From positions 64,001-128,000 of the IMG/VR virus record IMGVR_UViG_3300027754_000045: a stretch of DNA of 64,000 nucleotides, one strand, 5' to 3'. Positions 1 to 10,384 of this stretch are shown here, one piece after another. The position numbers and the translations under genes were made by a program. Every line of letters begins with the position of its first letter. The stretch's first letter is position 1. The stretch is from a virus. Under the pieces are notes generated by a model. It saw nothing but the letters and a program-made list of their open reading frames with translations, ran no database searches and was not told the origin of the DNA.

Positions 1-1
1 A

Positions 2-121
2 AAAACAGATTTTCAAAAAGAAATTGTTCTTTATCTAGAAGGTGTTGTTAAAATAGTTCAGAACCGTCAATGGCAAATAAGAGCGATGATAGACTGGATC
101 AAGTTTACTCAAGGAGCTTAA
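2..121 (+). CDS. uvsY: Recombination mediator UvsY, C-terminal fragment (5' truncated by window)
   Basis: Frame from nt 2 reads KTDFQKEIVLYLEGVVKIVQNRQWQIRAMIDWIKFTQGA*, matching the UvsY C-terminus. Its TAA overlaps the uvsW ATG (TAATG), as in T4-like synteny. Not in the ORF track. Confidence 0.85.
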   Translation, partial: KTDFQKEIVLYLEGVVKIVQNRQWQIRAMIDWIKFTQGA

Positions 122-1629
122 TGGCAGATTTAGATATTACACAACCAGATGCAGTTATGGTCAAGGTTGATTGTGATCGGTCTTTAGCCAAAGAACTAAA
201 TTCCTACTTTACTTTCACTATGCCTAATTTCAAGTATACTCCAGCCTATAAGAATAAAATTTGGGATGGTAAAATACGTCTTTTTAATCTATTTACCCAG
301 TCCATGTACGCTGGACTAGTAGAACCTTTGATCAAGTTTGCCAAGGATAGAGGGTATTCCTACTCCTTTACTCCAAGAACGTACCAGAAACCATCTAATG
401 CCCTTATAAGCGATTTTATAGAGAACCTACCCATCCAGGCTAACGGCTCCACAATCAAACCCCACGATTACCAGGTTGAAGCCGTCCTACACAGCCTGGG
501 GCATTCTAGGGCCCTTCTCGTGAGTCCTACAGGCAGCGGTAAGTCTCTAATCCTGTATCTTTTGTGTCGTTGGATACTAGAAACTCATAATACAGGTAAA
601 TTGCTCATAATCGTTCCCACCACCAGTCTAGTTTCCCAGATGTTGGCAGATTTCCGAGAATACGCCAAATTAGACACTTGGAAGGCGGATCGTAACATTC
701 ATACGATTATGGCAGGCAAGGATAAGGATACAAATAAACGTATCATTATATCTACATGGCAAAGCATCTATAAACAACCAGAAACTTGGTTTAATGACTT
801 TGTGGGTGTGTTTGGAGACGAGTGTCATTTATTTTCCGCTAAATCCCTAACTGGTATTCTAACTAAAGCTAAGAATACAGATTATCGAATAGGTACTACT
901 GGAACCCTAAGCGGAATGCAAATTCATCAGTTTGTTATTGAAGGCTTATTCGGACCTGTTTATAACACCACAACCACTAAAAAGTTAATTGATAAAGACC
1001 TATTGTCTAGTATTAATATTGATTGTTTAACACTACAATATACTCCAGAAGAAATCCAGAAAACAAAACGAATGGAATATCAGGACGAGATTCGATTTGT
1101 GGTTACTCATAAAGGACGAAATAAATTTATTAAAAATTTATGTAACAGTCTAACAGGTAATACTCTAGTTCTTTTTAATTTTGTGGAACTTCAAGGAAAG
1201 CCATTATACGAGTTGATAGTAAACGATTCCGATAAATCTATTTATTTTATTCACGGAGAAACTGATGTGGAAACTCGTGAAGAGATACGAAAAATTGTAG
1301 ATAAAGGAACAGATTCTATTTTAATTGCTTCTTACGGAACTTGTTCTACAGGAATTAATATACGAAATATTAATAATATTGTGTTTGCTTCTCCTTCAAA
1401 GTCTGTTATTCGTGTACTACAGTCTATTGGACGAGGTTTGCGTAAAACAGAAACAAAATCTAAAATGAAATTGTTTGATATTGCAGATGATCTGTCTTAT
1501 AAGAGTTACGAGAACCACGGAATGAAACATCTAGAACAACGATTTAAAATATATACTAGTGAAGGATTTCCTTTTAAGATTGTTCCTATTCAGTTGCCCA
1601 AGGAGACTAATGATGAGAACCCCCTATAA
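121..1629 (+). CDS. uvsW: SF2 DNA helicase UvsW
   Basis: WDGKIRLF, Walker A SPTGSGKS, DECH, GTTGT and QSIGRGLR motifs. Start moved to ATG 121, coupled to the uvsY stop. Confidence 0.95.
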   Translation: MADLDITQPDAVMVKVDCDRSLAKELNSYFTFTMPNFKYTPAYKNKIWDGKIRLFNLFTQSMYAGLVEPLIKFAKDRGYSYSFTPRTYQKPSNALISDFIENLPIQANGSTIKPHDYQVEAVLHSLGHSRALLVSPTGSGKSLILYLLCRWILETHNTGKLLIIVPTTSLVSQMLADFREYAKLDTWKADRNIHTIMAGKDKDTNKRIIISTWQSIYKQPETWFNDFVGVFGDECHLFSAKSLTGILTKAKNTDYRIGTTGTLSGMQIHQFVIEGLFGPVYNTTTTKKLIDKDLLSSINIDCLTLQYTPEEIQKTKRMEYQDEIRFVVTHKGRNKFIKNLCNSLTGNTLVLFNFVELQGKPLYELIVNDSDKSIYFIHGETDVETREEIRKIVDKGTDSILIASYGTCSTGINIRNINNIVFASPSKSVIRVLQSIGRGLRKTETKSKMKLFDIADDLSYKSYENHGMKHLEQRFKIYTSEGFPFKIVPIQLPKETNDENPL

Positions 1630-2365
1630 ATTAATTAAGATGATGTCTGGTGAAGAATTAATTGCTACTATTCGTAAAGGCAGAAATGGTAGACTTATAC
1701 TAACCAGACCTATGATGTTTGAGTCTACACTATCTGCTGATATGATGGGCAGAGTAAAGGAAATATTTACCTTAAGAAACTGGATTATTCTTTCTTCTGA
1801 TACCACGGTAACTATTTCAGAAGCATCTGTAGTTTCTATTAGTACACCTAGCAATGATATTGAACTTTTATACGATGCAGAAAAAGGTAAAGAAGATGCT
1901 CAAAAACTTAATCCTAAGTCATTAAAGCCACCAACAACAAAACTTCCATCAGTAATGGATTTATTTGGTGATCTTCCAGAAATTCCTACAGATTATCCAC
2001 ACAAATTAACAACTCCTATTTCTAAAAAAGAAGAAGATGCTTTATTTAAAAAAATGGATCAAATGATGAAAGATATTGGAATGGATTTTAATACAGAAAA
2101 ACCAAAGAAAAACCTTGCAAAACCTGATTTTGATGATACAATAGTGTATATGAATTTAGTTTTTTCACCCAATGTTCTTCTTAAACTTTTAAAGAATGGA
2201 ATGCTCAAGCGTTCCGATCTGGGTAAAATAATAAATGAATTAACTGATGGTAATGGTGAAGGTATGAGCGTTGATAAATTTACAAGTAAGAATAAGAAAA
2301 AAGAAGACTTTGGTAATAAGTGGACTGATTGGAATCCAGATCCAAAGTCTAATGATTATCAGTAA
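1610..2365 (+). CDS. Conserved T4-like hypothetical protein, Sm-like N-terminus
   Basis: KLIKMMSGEELIA start is typical of the gene between uvsW and gp55. AAGGAG lies upstream of ATG 1610. Confidence 0.6.
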   Translation: MMRTPYKLIKMMSGEELIATIRKGRNGRLILTRPMMFESTLSADMMGRVKEIFTLRNWIILSSDTTVTISEASVVSISTPSNDIELLYDAEKGKEDAQKLNPKSLKPPTTKLPSVMDLFGDLPEIPTDYPHKLTTPISKKEEDALFKKMDQMMKDIGMDFNTEKPKKNLAKPDFDDTIVYMNLVFSPNVLLKLLKNGMLKRSDLGKIINELTDGNGEGMSVDKFTSKNKKKEDFGNKWTDWNPDPKSNDYQ

Positions 2366-2436
2366 TATCTAATATTATTTGATTCTCTATTTTCTCATTC
2401 ATACCAGACACACAAGTATACACGATAATATTAATT

Positions 2437-3018
2437 ATGTCAAGTGAAAAATCTAAAAAATCTAAAAATATTGTAGACCCCCCGATTGTAGCCCAAAAAC
2501 GGCTTACCAAGGATAGTGACCACTATGTGGATAACAAGAAGTTCCTTGCTGAGATGGTTATTTGGAAACGTCAAATACGAGAAGCAGAAGAAGTAGAAGA
2601 CGATAAGCCACCAGTATCCACATATATTGGCGAATGCTTTATGAAGATTGCTGAAAGGCTTTCTTCCAAGCATAATTTTGCCAATTATCCGTATCGAGAA
2701 GAGATGGTGGGAGATGCTATCGAGAACTGTCTCATGTATGCACACAACTTTAATCCTAAGAAATCCAAGAATCCGTTCTCGTATTTCACTCAAATAATCT
2801 ACTATGCCTTCCTTAGACGCATAGAAAAAGAAAAAAAGCAAAATTATATCAAGTTTAAGTTGACCGAGCACCTAGATGATGGTACAATGCATAAGTGGTG
2901 TAAAACTAATTACTTTGAAAAAGCTGATCCACGAGAAGCACTAAGTGAACATTTCTCTATTACAGAAAAGGATATAGAGAAGTATGAACCAAAGGTACGT
3001 AAAAAGCGCAAAATATAA
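2437..3018 (+). CDS. gp55: Late-transcription sigma factor gp55
   Basis: HYVDNKKF, YIGECFMKIAERLS, NFANYPYREEMVGDAIENC, NPFSYFTQIIYYAFLRRI. Confidence 0.95.
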   Translation: MSSEKSKKSKNIVDPPIVAQKRLTKDSDHYVDNKKFLAEMVIWKRQIREAEEVEDDKPPVSTYIGECFMKIAERLSSKHNFANYPYREEMVGDAIENCLMYAHNFNPKKSKNPFSYFTQIIYYAFLRRIEKEKKQNYIKFKLTEHLDDGTMHKWCKTNYFEKADPREALSEHFSITEKDIEKYEPKVRKKRKI

Positions 3019-3021
3019 ATT

Positions 3022-4065
3022 ATGAAAATATGCATTATTGGTGACTCGCATTTCGGAGCAAGATCCGATTCGCCATTATTTTTAAATTATTTCTTTAAGT
3101 TTTTTGATAATGAATTATTTCCTTATCTAAAAGCAAACGATATCAATACAGTCATTCATTTAGGTGACATGTTTGATCGTCGTAAGTTTATAAATTTTCA
3201 TACTCTAAAACACGTAAGAGAACGATTCATGAATTGGTTTGAAGACAACAATGTGGATCTTCACTGTATTCTTGGAAATCATGATGTGTTCTATAAGAAT
3301 ACGAATCATCTAAACTCTCCAAAGGAACTATTTGTTGATTGTTATTCTAAATTTCACCTATACGAACACACCACAGAACTAGTAGTGGCAGACGGTACCA
3401 AGTTCTTAATGGTTCCTTGGATTAATGAGGAAAACAAATTAGCCGTAATCAAGGCTATTGAAGCCAGCACAGCACCAGTAGTATGCGGTCATTTTGAATT
3501 GAATGGTTATGAGATGATATCTAATATTAAATGCTCTAGCGGAATGGAAGATAAATTCCTACAAAAGTTTGAATTGGTTCTTTCTGGTCACTTTCATACA
3601 AAGAGTTCTAAAGGAAACATTCATTATCTTGGAACTCAATATGAAATGACTACAGCAGATCTTCATCAAGATAAAGGCTTTCATGTATACGACACAGAAA
3701 CTCGTGAACTAACATTCATTAAGAATCCACATAAAATGTACTATAGTATTGAATGGACGGATAAACGAGATTTTAGTGATCTAGATCCTACCGTATACAA
3801 AAACACTTATGTTCGTGTATTAGTATTAAACAAAAAGAATGAAAGAAAATTTGACGAGTTCATAGATTTGTTGTATACTGGAGAGCCAGCAAGTATTACA
3901 ATTATTGAAGACATAGTAACCAAGGACGATGAAAATAGTCCAGAGTTTGATATCAGTGAGGACACTTTGAGTCTGATTAATCGAGAAATTGAATTTTTAG
4001 AATCTGATAACACAGAACAATTAAAAGAAATTATGCGTCAAGTCTATATGGAAACTCTTTCATGA
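3022..4065 (+). CDS. gp47: Recombination endonuclease subunit gp47 (Mre11/SbcD-like)
   Basis: Metallophosphoesterase motifs GDSHFG, HLGDMFDRR, GNHD, SGHFH. Confidence 0.95.
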   Translation: MKICIIGDSHFGARSDSPLFLNYFFKFFDNELFPYLKANDINTVIHLGDMFDRRKFINFHTLKHVRERFMNWFEDNNVDLHCILGNHDVFYKNTNHLNSPKELFVDCYSKFHLYEHTTELVVADGTKFLMVPWINEENKLAVIKAIEASTAPVVCGHFELNGYEMISNIKCSSGMEDKFLQKFELVLSGHFHTKSSKGNIHYLGTQYEMTTADLHQDKGFHVYDTETRELTFIKNPHKMYYSIEWTDKRDFSDLDPTVYKNTYVRVLVLNKKNERKFDEFIDLLYTGEPASITIIEDIVTKDDENSPEFDISEDTLSLINREIEFLESDNTEQLKEIMRQVYMETLS

Positions 4066-5777
4066 TCCTATTCAAGACTGTTCGATTTAAAAATTTTGGT
4101 TCATTTGGAAACAGCTTTACGGAAGTTAAGTTAGGCGAGAAATCTACAACTCTAGTATGTGGTAGTAATGGCAACGGTAAATCTTTTGCTTTATTGGATT
4201 CTATTGCTTTTGGGTTATACGGAAGACCGTTTCGTAATATAAACATTCCTCAACTAGTCAATTCGGTTAACAAAAAGAATTGCGTGGTAGAGATCAATTT
4301 TAATATTGGAAAGAATGAGTTCAAGGTGGTTCGTGGTCTAGTCCCAAAATTATTTGAAATCTATAAAGACGGCAATCTACTTAATCAGGACGCAAAGATT
4401 AAAGATTATCAGGAAGTATTGGAATCGCAGATATTAGGAATGAATTTCAAGACGTTCTCTCAGGTTGTTGTGTTGGGAAGTTCCTCATTTGTTCCGTTCA
4501 TGCAATTAACTCCTACTGATCGCCGTCAGGTTATAGAGAACATATTAGATATTAGCATATTCTCGCAAATGAATGTTGTAGTTAAAGACAAGGTGAATGG
4601 TGTTAAGTCTGAACTAGACGCAACCAATACTCAAATAGAAGTATCTAAAGCACAAATTGCAGACACCAAAGAAACCATACAATCCCTAGTAAAGAACACA
4701 CAACAGATCATAGAAGAACGCAAGGCAGCACAGGCTCAACTAGAAGCCCAGATGGTTGCTGTGAATGGGGACATAGAAGAATTATCTGAGCCGTTAAAGA
4801 TTTCTAGTACATCAATACAGACCGAATTAAAGGAAGTTCAGAAGAAACGAACAGATGCACAAAAGATTCTTGGCAAAATTGAACAGGCTAAAGAGAGTAT
4901 CAACGAAGATATTGAATTCTTTAATAATAATGAAACGTGCTCTTTATGCAAACAAGGAATTGCTCATGATCACAAGGATACCCTACTAACACAAAGAAAA
5001 ACAAAATTAGAAGAGTATCAGCAAGGCACTCAGGATATAAACACACAAATTACAAAGACTGAGAAACAAATAGCAGAAATTCAGAGTCGTTTAGACGAGC
5101 ACCAAACTAATGTTATTCGTTTGGCTAATAAACAAGAAACCTTAAAGAGTCTGAATACTAGTCACGCAAATCTTGAATTGAATAATGCCAAGACATACTC
5201 TCAAGAAGAGATTGCCAAGTTTGAGATTAAACTTACAGAATTAGAAAATAAAGAAGTTGATCTGATTGATAAAAAGTATAAAGTCCTCAAGACTCTGAAA
5301 TGCTACGACCAACTTATAAATTTATTTAAAGATAGTGGCATTAAATCAAAAATTATTAAGTATTATATTCCTTTAATCAATAAACATGTAAACAAGTACT
5401 TGACAAGCATGGATTTCTATGCTATATTTAATCTGGACGAAGAGTTCAAGGAAATCATCAAGAGTCGTCATAGAGACATATTTACGTATGAATCATTCAG
5501 CGAAGGCGAAAAAATGCGTATAGATTTAGCACTACTTCTTACTTGGCGAGAAATTGCTCGATTAAAGAATAGTGTTTCCACAAACCTACTGATTCTAGAT
5601 GAAGTATTTGATTCTAGTTTAGACGGTACTGGAACTGATGAGTTTATGAAACTGATATCTTCGTTTGGATCTAAGGTTAATGTATTTGTTATCAGTCATA
5701 AAACTGATCAATTACTAGATAGATTCGGTTCAATAATTCAATTCGAAAAGAAACGAAACTTCAGCAGACTAGTATGA
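4062..5777 (+). CDS. gp46: Recombination ATPase gp46 (Rad50/SbcC-like)
   Basis: Walker A GSNGNGKS, coiled coil with CSLC zinc hook, FSEGEK signature, Walker B LILDEVFD. Confidence 0.95.
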   Translation: MILFKTVRFKNFGSFGNSFTEVKLGEKSTTLVCGSNGNGKSFALLDSIAFGLYGRPFRNINIPQLVNSVNKKNCVVEINFNIGKNEFKVVRGLVPKLFEIYKDGNLLNQDAKIKDYQEVLESQILGMNFKTFSQVVVLGSSSFVPFMQLTPTDRRQVIENILDISIFSQMNVVVKDKVNGVKSELDATNTQIEVSKAQIADTKETIQSLVKNTQQIIEERKAAQAQLEAQMVAVNGDIEELSEPLKISSTSIQTELKEVQKKRTDAQKILGKIEQAKESINEDIEFFNNNETCSLCKQGIAHDHKDTLLTQRKTKLEEYQQGTQDINTQITKTEKQIAEIQSRLDEHQTNVIRLANKQETLKSLNTSHANLELNNAKTYSQEEIAKFEIKLTELENKEVDLIDKKYKVLKTLKCYDQLINLFKDSGIKSKIIKYYIPLINKHVNKYLTSMDFYAIFNLDEEFKEIIKSRHRDIFTYESFSEGEKMRIDLALLLTWREIARLKNSVSTNLLILDEVFDSSLDGTGTDEFMKLISSFGSKVNVFVISHKTDQLLDRFGSIIQFEKKRNFSRLV

Positions 5778-6502
5778 AACGAAAACAAACAAAACACAAA
5801 CGTATCAAGCGTGGCGATTCTGTAGATTCTCTACTCATCAAGAACGAGCCTTCTTGGGAGGATGTGGCTACTCTGACCCCAGAACAAATTGATGCCAGAA
5901 TTCTCAAGGCAACTAGTTGGTATAGTTACAGTTGCAAAAATGAGGTTTATAAGCCTTGGGTGATTGATTGGATGCAAAGAAACAAATACTCCAAATCAGA
6001 TGTTCGTGATGCCGTTAAAGTACCAGACACTCATCCATTTATAATGAGTATAGGCAAATACTGCAGAATTATGAATCTTGGCGGAAAGTTTGTTGATAAA
6101 GTTCTAGACAATATCAAATCAGAAGTAGAACACATTATTAAACTTGGTCGGGTAGTTAAGCCAAAGGTAGTAAAAGAACAAGTTTCAATTCAAGAGCATA
6201 TTCGAAAGAAAACCGAAGGATATCTGTGCACAATGAACGAAAGAATTGATGAATTATATCTTGCAGTATGTGAAGATGAAGCATGTAAATTTGACCACGA
6301 AGGTTGGTTAGAGGTTGAAGACATAAATCATATTCACTGGAAAAAGATGTCTAAAATACTTGATCCGTTTATTACTGAATTAAAAGTGGCACACACAGGA
6401 AAAGATTTAGAACTAAAAGAAGCCTATGAATATCTTGGTAAAAAAAAGATTAAAGTTATGATAAATACCCTAGAGGATTTCAAAGAGATACTTAATGGCT
6501 AA
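5774..6502 (+). CDS. Hypothetical protein
   Basis: 242-aa ORF coupled (ATGA) to gp46; no recognised motif. Confidence 0.65.
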   Translation: MKRKQTKHKRIKRGDSVDSLLIKNEPSWEDVATLTPEQIDARILKATSWYSYSCKNEVYKPWVIDWMQRNKYSKSDVRDAVKVPDTHPFIMSIGKYCRIMNLGGKFVDKVLDNIKSEVEHIIKLGRVVKPKVVKEQVSIQEHIRKKTEGYLCTMNERIDELYLAVCEDEACKFDHEGWLEVEDINHIHWKKMSKILDPFITELKVAHTGKDLELKEAYEYLGKKKIKVMINTLEDFKEILNG

Positions 6503-6818
6503 TTTCAAAGGAATATTCAAAGTTAGTGGAATTGATGGGCAATGTATACAATATGCTCAAGGAGATATTGTATACAAAAACGGAGAAGCGTATATTGCAT
6601 CACGTGCTCCAGATCTTTGTAAATCTCCAGAACATAAATTGTCGGGATGGGAACCTTTAGTATCAGAAAGAGCAGGAAACCCAGTAACATTCTTTAGTTC
6701 TACTACTCCTCCAAGTCGAGTTTCTCAGGGAGACGAATGGTGGGATCCAAACACTGGCAAATTATACAAATATTATATAATTGGAACAAATAGTGAACAA
6801 TGGGTAGAAATTTATTGA
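6495..6818 (+). CDS. Small protein with fibre-type C-terminal module (GDxWW...TGKLY...WVE)
   Basis: C-terminus resembles that of the collagen protein at 33446-34711; N-half YAQGDIVYKNGEAY resembles small carbohydrate-binding modules. Confidence 0.55.
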   Translation: MANFKGIFKVSGIDGQCIQYAQGDIVYKNGEAYIASRAPDLCKSPEHKLSGWEPLVSERAGNPVTFFSSTTPPSRVSQGDEWWDPNTGKLYKYYIIGTNSEQWVEIY

Positions 6819-6842
6819 CTTTTGTTTTTTACATGATATAAT
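6815..6842 (+). promoter_or_regulatory. Sigma70-type promoter TTGACT-N16-TATAAT with extended -10 (TGn)
   Basis: TTGACT 6815-6820, TATAAT 6837-6842; RNase H ATG follows 6 nt later. Confidence 0.75.
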
Positions 6843-6848
6843 TACATT

Positions 6849-7685
6849 ATGCTTCTTATTGACAATAATCAAATAATTTTAGCAAACATATTTCAGGCTG
6901 CTAAAGACACAGATAACTTTAACGAAGATTATATTCGTCATACTGTGCTTAATTCGTATCGTAAATACCGAATGATGTTTCGTGAATACGGCGAGTTAGT
7001 TGTGTGTAATGACAGTTCTAATTATTGGAGGAAACAATGGTTTCCTCATTACAAGCAGAATCGTAAGAAGACACAAGATGCAGCACCAGACCAATGGAAA
7101 GAAGTGTATTCTATTCTAGATGTTATTCGAGACGAAATCAAAGAGATCTTCCCGTATCCTAACATTCGTATTCAGGGAGCAGAAGCAGACGACATTATCT
7201 TTGCCTTAACCAAGCGGTTTGCTCAACAAGAAAAGATTATGATTTTGTCTAACGATAAAGACTTTCAGCAACTTCAGATTTTTCCTAACGTAAAGCAATA
7301 CAGCACAAACAAAAAAGAACTTATGGAGTGTGCAGATCCTCGTGGTTATTTACTAGAACATATTATTAAAGGGGATTCCTCTGACGGTGTTCCTAACATG
7401 CTGTCTGATGATGACACCTTTATGAATGATGGTAAACGTCAGACCGTAATGACAGCCAAACGATTAGAAGCACTAAAGAAACAATCAGGAGAATCTTCTT
7501 TTTGTGAATTACCTAACTATATAAGGAATAAGATGATGATTGATTTGTCTTCTATTCCAATGGCATTAGAAGAGAGTATTTTAGATTCATACCAAGAACA
7601 ACAAGGAAAAGGTCGAGAAAAATTGTTTAATTATTTTATTGATCACAAGTTAAAGGAGCTCCTTCCAAGTATTGAGGAATTTTGA
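6849..7685 (+). CDS. rnh: T4-type RNase H / 5'-3' exonuclease
   Basis: YWRKQWFPHYK, EADDII, ILSNDKDFQQL, IIKGDSSDGVPN. Confidence 0.92.
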   Translation: MLLIDNNQIILANIFQAAKDTDNFNEDYIRHTVLNSYRKYRMMFREYGELVVCNDSSNYWRKQWFPHYKQNRKKTQDAAPDQWKEVYSILDVIRDEIKEIFPYPNIRIQGAEADDIIFALTKRFAQQEKIMILSNDKDFQQLQIFPNVKQYSTNKKELMECADPRGYLLEHIIKGDSSDGVPNMLSDDDTFMNDGKRQTVMTAKRLEALKKQSGESSFCELPNYIRNKMMIDLSSIPMALEESILDSYQEQQGKGREKLFNYFIDHKLKELLPSIEEF

Positions 7686-7865
7686 ATGGCAAACGAACAA
7701 GAACCAGAATCGGAGTATGAAAAATTCAAACGCTTGCAGAAGGAACAAAAGAAAGCGAAGAAAACCAAACATCGTCCAGACGCAAGAAAGTGGCTGAACG
7801 ATTTACGACATGGACACAATAGTGATGATGAAGATTACCAAAGTTTTGAAAGATTTAACAAGTAA
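7686..7865 (+). CDS. Small charged hypothetical protein (59 aa)
   Basis: MANEQEPESEYEKFKRLQKEQKKAKK...QSFERFNK*; GAGG upstream; fills the rnh-gp45 gap; below the ORF-track cutoff. Confidence 0.65.
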   Translation: MANEQEPESEYEKFKRLQKEQKKAKKTKHRPDARKWLNDLRHGHNSDDEDYQSFERFNK

Positions 7866-7879
7866 AGGATGACTATATT

Positions 7880-8566
7880 ATGACAAGTACAACAACCAGT
7901 ATTTCTAAGCAGACGTTTAACATTTTAAAGAATTTCAGCAGTATTAACTCTAACTTGTTTGTGAAGGCGGGAAATAAAATTTCCACTATTTCACCAAGCA
8001 AGAATGTGATGGCAGAAGCCATCGTAGAGGAAACATTTGATTCCCAGTTTGGTCTCTGGGATCTGAACAAGTTTCTTGGTATTGTTTCTCTTCTCGAAGA
8101 TCCTGAATTTATGTTTGAAGAGAAATGTGTGGTAGTAACAGGAGTTAATGGTTCCTCGGTAAAGTATTACTTTGCGGATCCAGCACTTCTGACGTATCCA
8201 ACCAAGCAAGTGAAGACTCCAGCCGTCGCCATTACCTTTGATCTGATGGCGGATCAATTCCGTGAACTTCAACGATCAGGTGCTGCTCTTCAACTTTCCG
8301 ATCTCTGCATTATCTCTAAGGGCAGTGAAGTATTAGCAGTAGTCAAGGATCTAAAGGATCCTACCACTAATGTGTTCACCTTGCCAGTAGGCAGCAATCC
8401 AGAAGAAGCAACTTTCTCGTTCAACTTTAAGTTAGATAATCTGAAGTTGTTTGAAGGAGACTATAGCGTGGAAATTAGCAAGACTGTGATCTCGCAATTC
8501 ACGCATAAGAACCTGGATCTAAAGTATTGGATTGCCATGGAAAACACCAGCACATACAGCGAGTAA
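7880..8566 (+). CDS. gp45: Sliding clamp gp45
   Basis: ILKNFSSINSNL, FGLWDLNKFL, YWIAME; synteny gp45-44-62-regA. Confidence 0.93.
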   Translation: MTSTTTSISKQTFNILKNFSSINSNLFVKAGNKISTISPSKNVMAEAIVEETFDSQFGLWDLNKFLGIVSLLEDPEFMFEEKCVVVTGVNGSSVKYYFADPALLTYPTKQVKTPAVAITFDLMADQFRELQRSGAALQLSDLCIISKGSEVLAVVKDLKDPTTNVFTLPVGSNPEEATFSFNFKLDNLKLFEGDYSVEISKTVISQFTHKNLDLKYWIAMENTSTYSE

Positions 8567-8569
8567 TAG

Positions 8570-9532
8570 ATGACAATAACCGCAAATAATGCGATTGGTT
8601 TGTTGGTCGAGAAGTATAGACCACAAACCATTCGGGACTGTGTACTTCCTGCAAATATTAAAAAGATTTTTCAGGATATAGTAAACTCAAAGGATTGTCC
8701 TAATCTTATGCTATCAGGCAAGCCAGGTCTAGGTAAAACTAGCGTGGCTAAAGCCCTTTGCAACGAACTAGGAGCAGACTTTATTATTATCAATTGTTCT
8801 GAAGATGGAAACATTGATACTCTGCGAACAAAGATTCGTCAGTTTGCAAGCACGGTATCTCTGTCAGAAGACGCAAACCAGAAGATTGTTATTCTGGATG
8901 AGTTTGATTATTCTAATGTGAACAGTATTCAGCCTGCCCTTCGTGGAGCCATTGAAGAGTTCTCTAAGACTTGTCGGTTTATTATTACCTGCAACTACAA
9001 GAATCGTATCATTGAGCCTATTCATTCTCGTTGCACAGGTATCGACTTTAACTTTGCACACAAAGACCGACCAGAACTAGCCAAGCAGTTTCTAGAACGA
9101 TGTCAGGGTATTCTGGAAGCAGAAGAGATTACCTACGATGTAAAGATTCTATCTAAAGTCATTGTAAAATTCTTTCCAGATTTTCGTCGTGTTCTGAACG
9201 AACTTCAACGATACTCTGCGGCAGGAACCATTGATGTAGGTATTCTGAGCACGGCAGGGGAATTAGATGTGAAGCAACTGATGGGGTTCATGAAAGAGAA
9301 GAACTTCAACGAGGTCAGAAAATGGGTGGCAAACAATACGAACCATGTTCCACAGGATCTGTTCAGGAAGGTCTACGATAGCCTATACGACTTCCTAGAG
9401 CCTTCCACCATACCACAGGCGGTTTTGATCATTGCAGAGTATCAATACAAGGCTAGTTTTGTGAGCGATCAGGAGATCAATATGTGTGCTTTTATGGTGG
9501 AAGTCATGATGACTTGTGGGTTCAAGAAGTAA
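8570..9532 (+). CDS. gp44: Clamp loader AAA+ subunit gp44
   Basis: VEKYRPQTI, GKPGLGKTS, ILDEFDY, SRC motif, FPDFRR. Confidence 0.95.
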   Translation: MTITANNAIGLLVEKYRPQTIRDCVLPANIKKIFQDIVNSKDCPNLMLSGKPGLGKTSVAKALCNELGADFIIINCSEDGNIDTLRTKIRQFASTVSLSEDANQKIVILDEFDYSNVNSIQPALRGAIEEFSKTCRFIITCNYKNRIIEPIHSRCTGIDFNFAHKDRPELAKQFLERCQGILEAEEITYDVKILSKVIVKFFPDFRRVLNELQRYSAAGTIDVGILSTAGELDVKQLMGFMKEKNFNEVRKWVANNTNHVPQDLFRKVYDSLYDFLEPSTIPQAVLIIAEYQYKASFVSDQEINMCAFMVEVMMTCGFKK

Positions 9533-9915
9533 TGGATCCATTCGTTTTCCTCAATTCTATAAACCAATCCAAGGTTCCCCTGATGGACGAGGATCATCTA
9601 TGCGAAAAAGAGTATGTTCCGTACATGACTAATCGTGGATTATCCTACTTCTCAGACACCATTTTCTACGCAAATACCATGAACCGTCACGGTAATATTG
9701 ATAAGAAGCTTCAGTTTGATTATCTTCGTATTTCGGTTCGTCCACGAAAGCGGTTTAGTAAGTGGCTAAAGCCTGAACAAGATGATCGTATTGATGCCCT
9801 AAAAGCATTGTACGGGTATTCGGATACCAGAGCCAGAGAAGTGGTGGATTTGCTGTCCGAAGAGGATTGGAAACAGATTCGTAGCCTTTTGGATCAGGGT
9901 GGAGCCAAACTTTAA
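9532..9915 (+). CDS. gp62: Clamp loader small subunit gp62
   Basis: FLNSINQSK, YVPYMTNRGLSYF, RKRFSKW; TAATG coupling to gp44. Confidence 0.9.
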   Translation: MDPFVFLNSINQSKVPLMDEDHLCEKEYVPYMTNRGLSYFSDTIFYANTMNRHGNIDKKLQFDYLRISVRPRKRFSKWLKPEQDDRIDALKALYGYSDTRAREVVDLLSEEDWKQIRSLLDQGGAKL

Positions 9916-9919
9916 TTTA

Positions 9920-9927
9920 TATAAATA
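9920..9927 (+). promoter_or_regulatory. gp55 late promoter TATAAATA
   Basis: Exact T4 late consensus in the intergenic gap before regA and the glycan cluster. Confidence 0.65.
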
Positions 9928-9971
9928 CTTATGTTATTGTATGAATTAATTTAACGTAAAGCGAATTTGAT

Positions 9972-10382
9972 ATGGAAACTGATGATAATGATATATTTGA
10001 TGGGCTAGGTGTGGAAATTACACTCAAAAGCAAAGACGATTTTCTTAAGGTTCGAGAAACCTTGACTCGTATGGGCGTTTCCTCTAAAAAAGAAAAGAAA
10101 TTATTTCAAAGTTGCCATATTCTACACAAGCGTGGCAGATATGCTATCATGCACTTTAAAGAATTATTAGATCTGGATGGTCTGGAAACAGATATATCAG
10201 ATTCAGATATTGGTCGTAGAAATCTTATAGTGAAGCTTTTAGTGGAATGGGGACTAGTAATCGCTGTAGATCCAGACGAATACAAAGAACCTCAACTTAC
10301 TCTGGCTCAATTAAAGATTATTCCTCACAAGGAAAAAAAAGATTGGGAGTTGTGTGTGAAGTATCATATAGGAAATGGATAA
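9972..10382 (+). CDS. regA: Translational repressor RegA
   Basis: DDFLKVRETLTRMG, LFQSCHILHKRGRYAIMHFKEL, KYHIG. Confidence 0.95.
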   Translation: METDDNDIFDGLGVEITLKSKDDFLKVRETLTRMGVSSKKEKKLFQSCHILHKRGRYAIMHFKELLDLDGLETDISDSDIGRRNLIVKLLVEWGLVIAVDPDEYKEPQLTLAQLKIIPHKEKKDWELCVKYHIGNG

Positions 10383-10384
10383 TT

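Noticed and set aside
70-120. N-terminal extension of uvsW in the ORF track (likewise the 9484, 10247, 13601 and 46726 starts)
   Set aside because: They overlap upstream genes; downstream ATGs fit translational coupling and typical protein starts better
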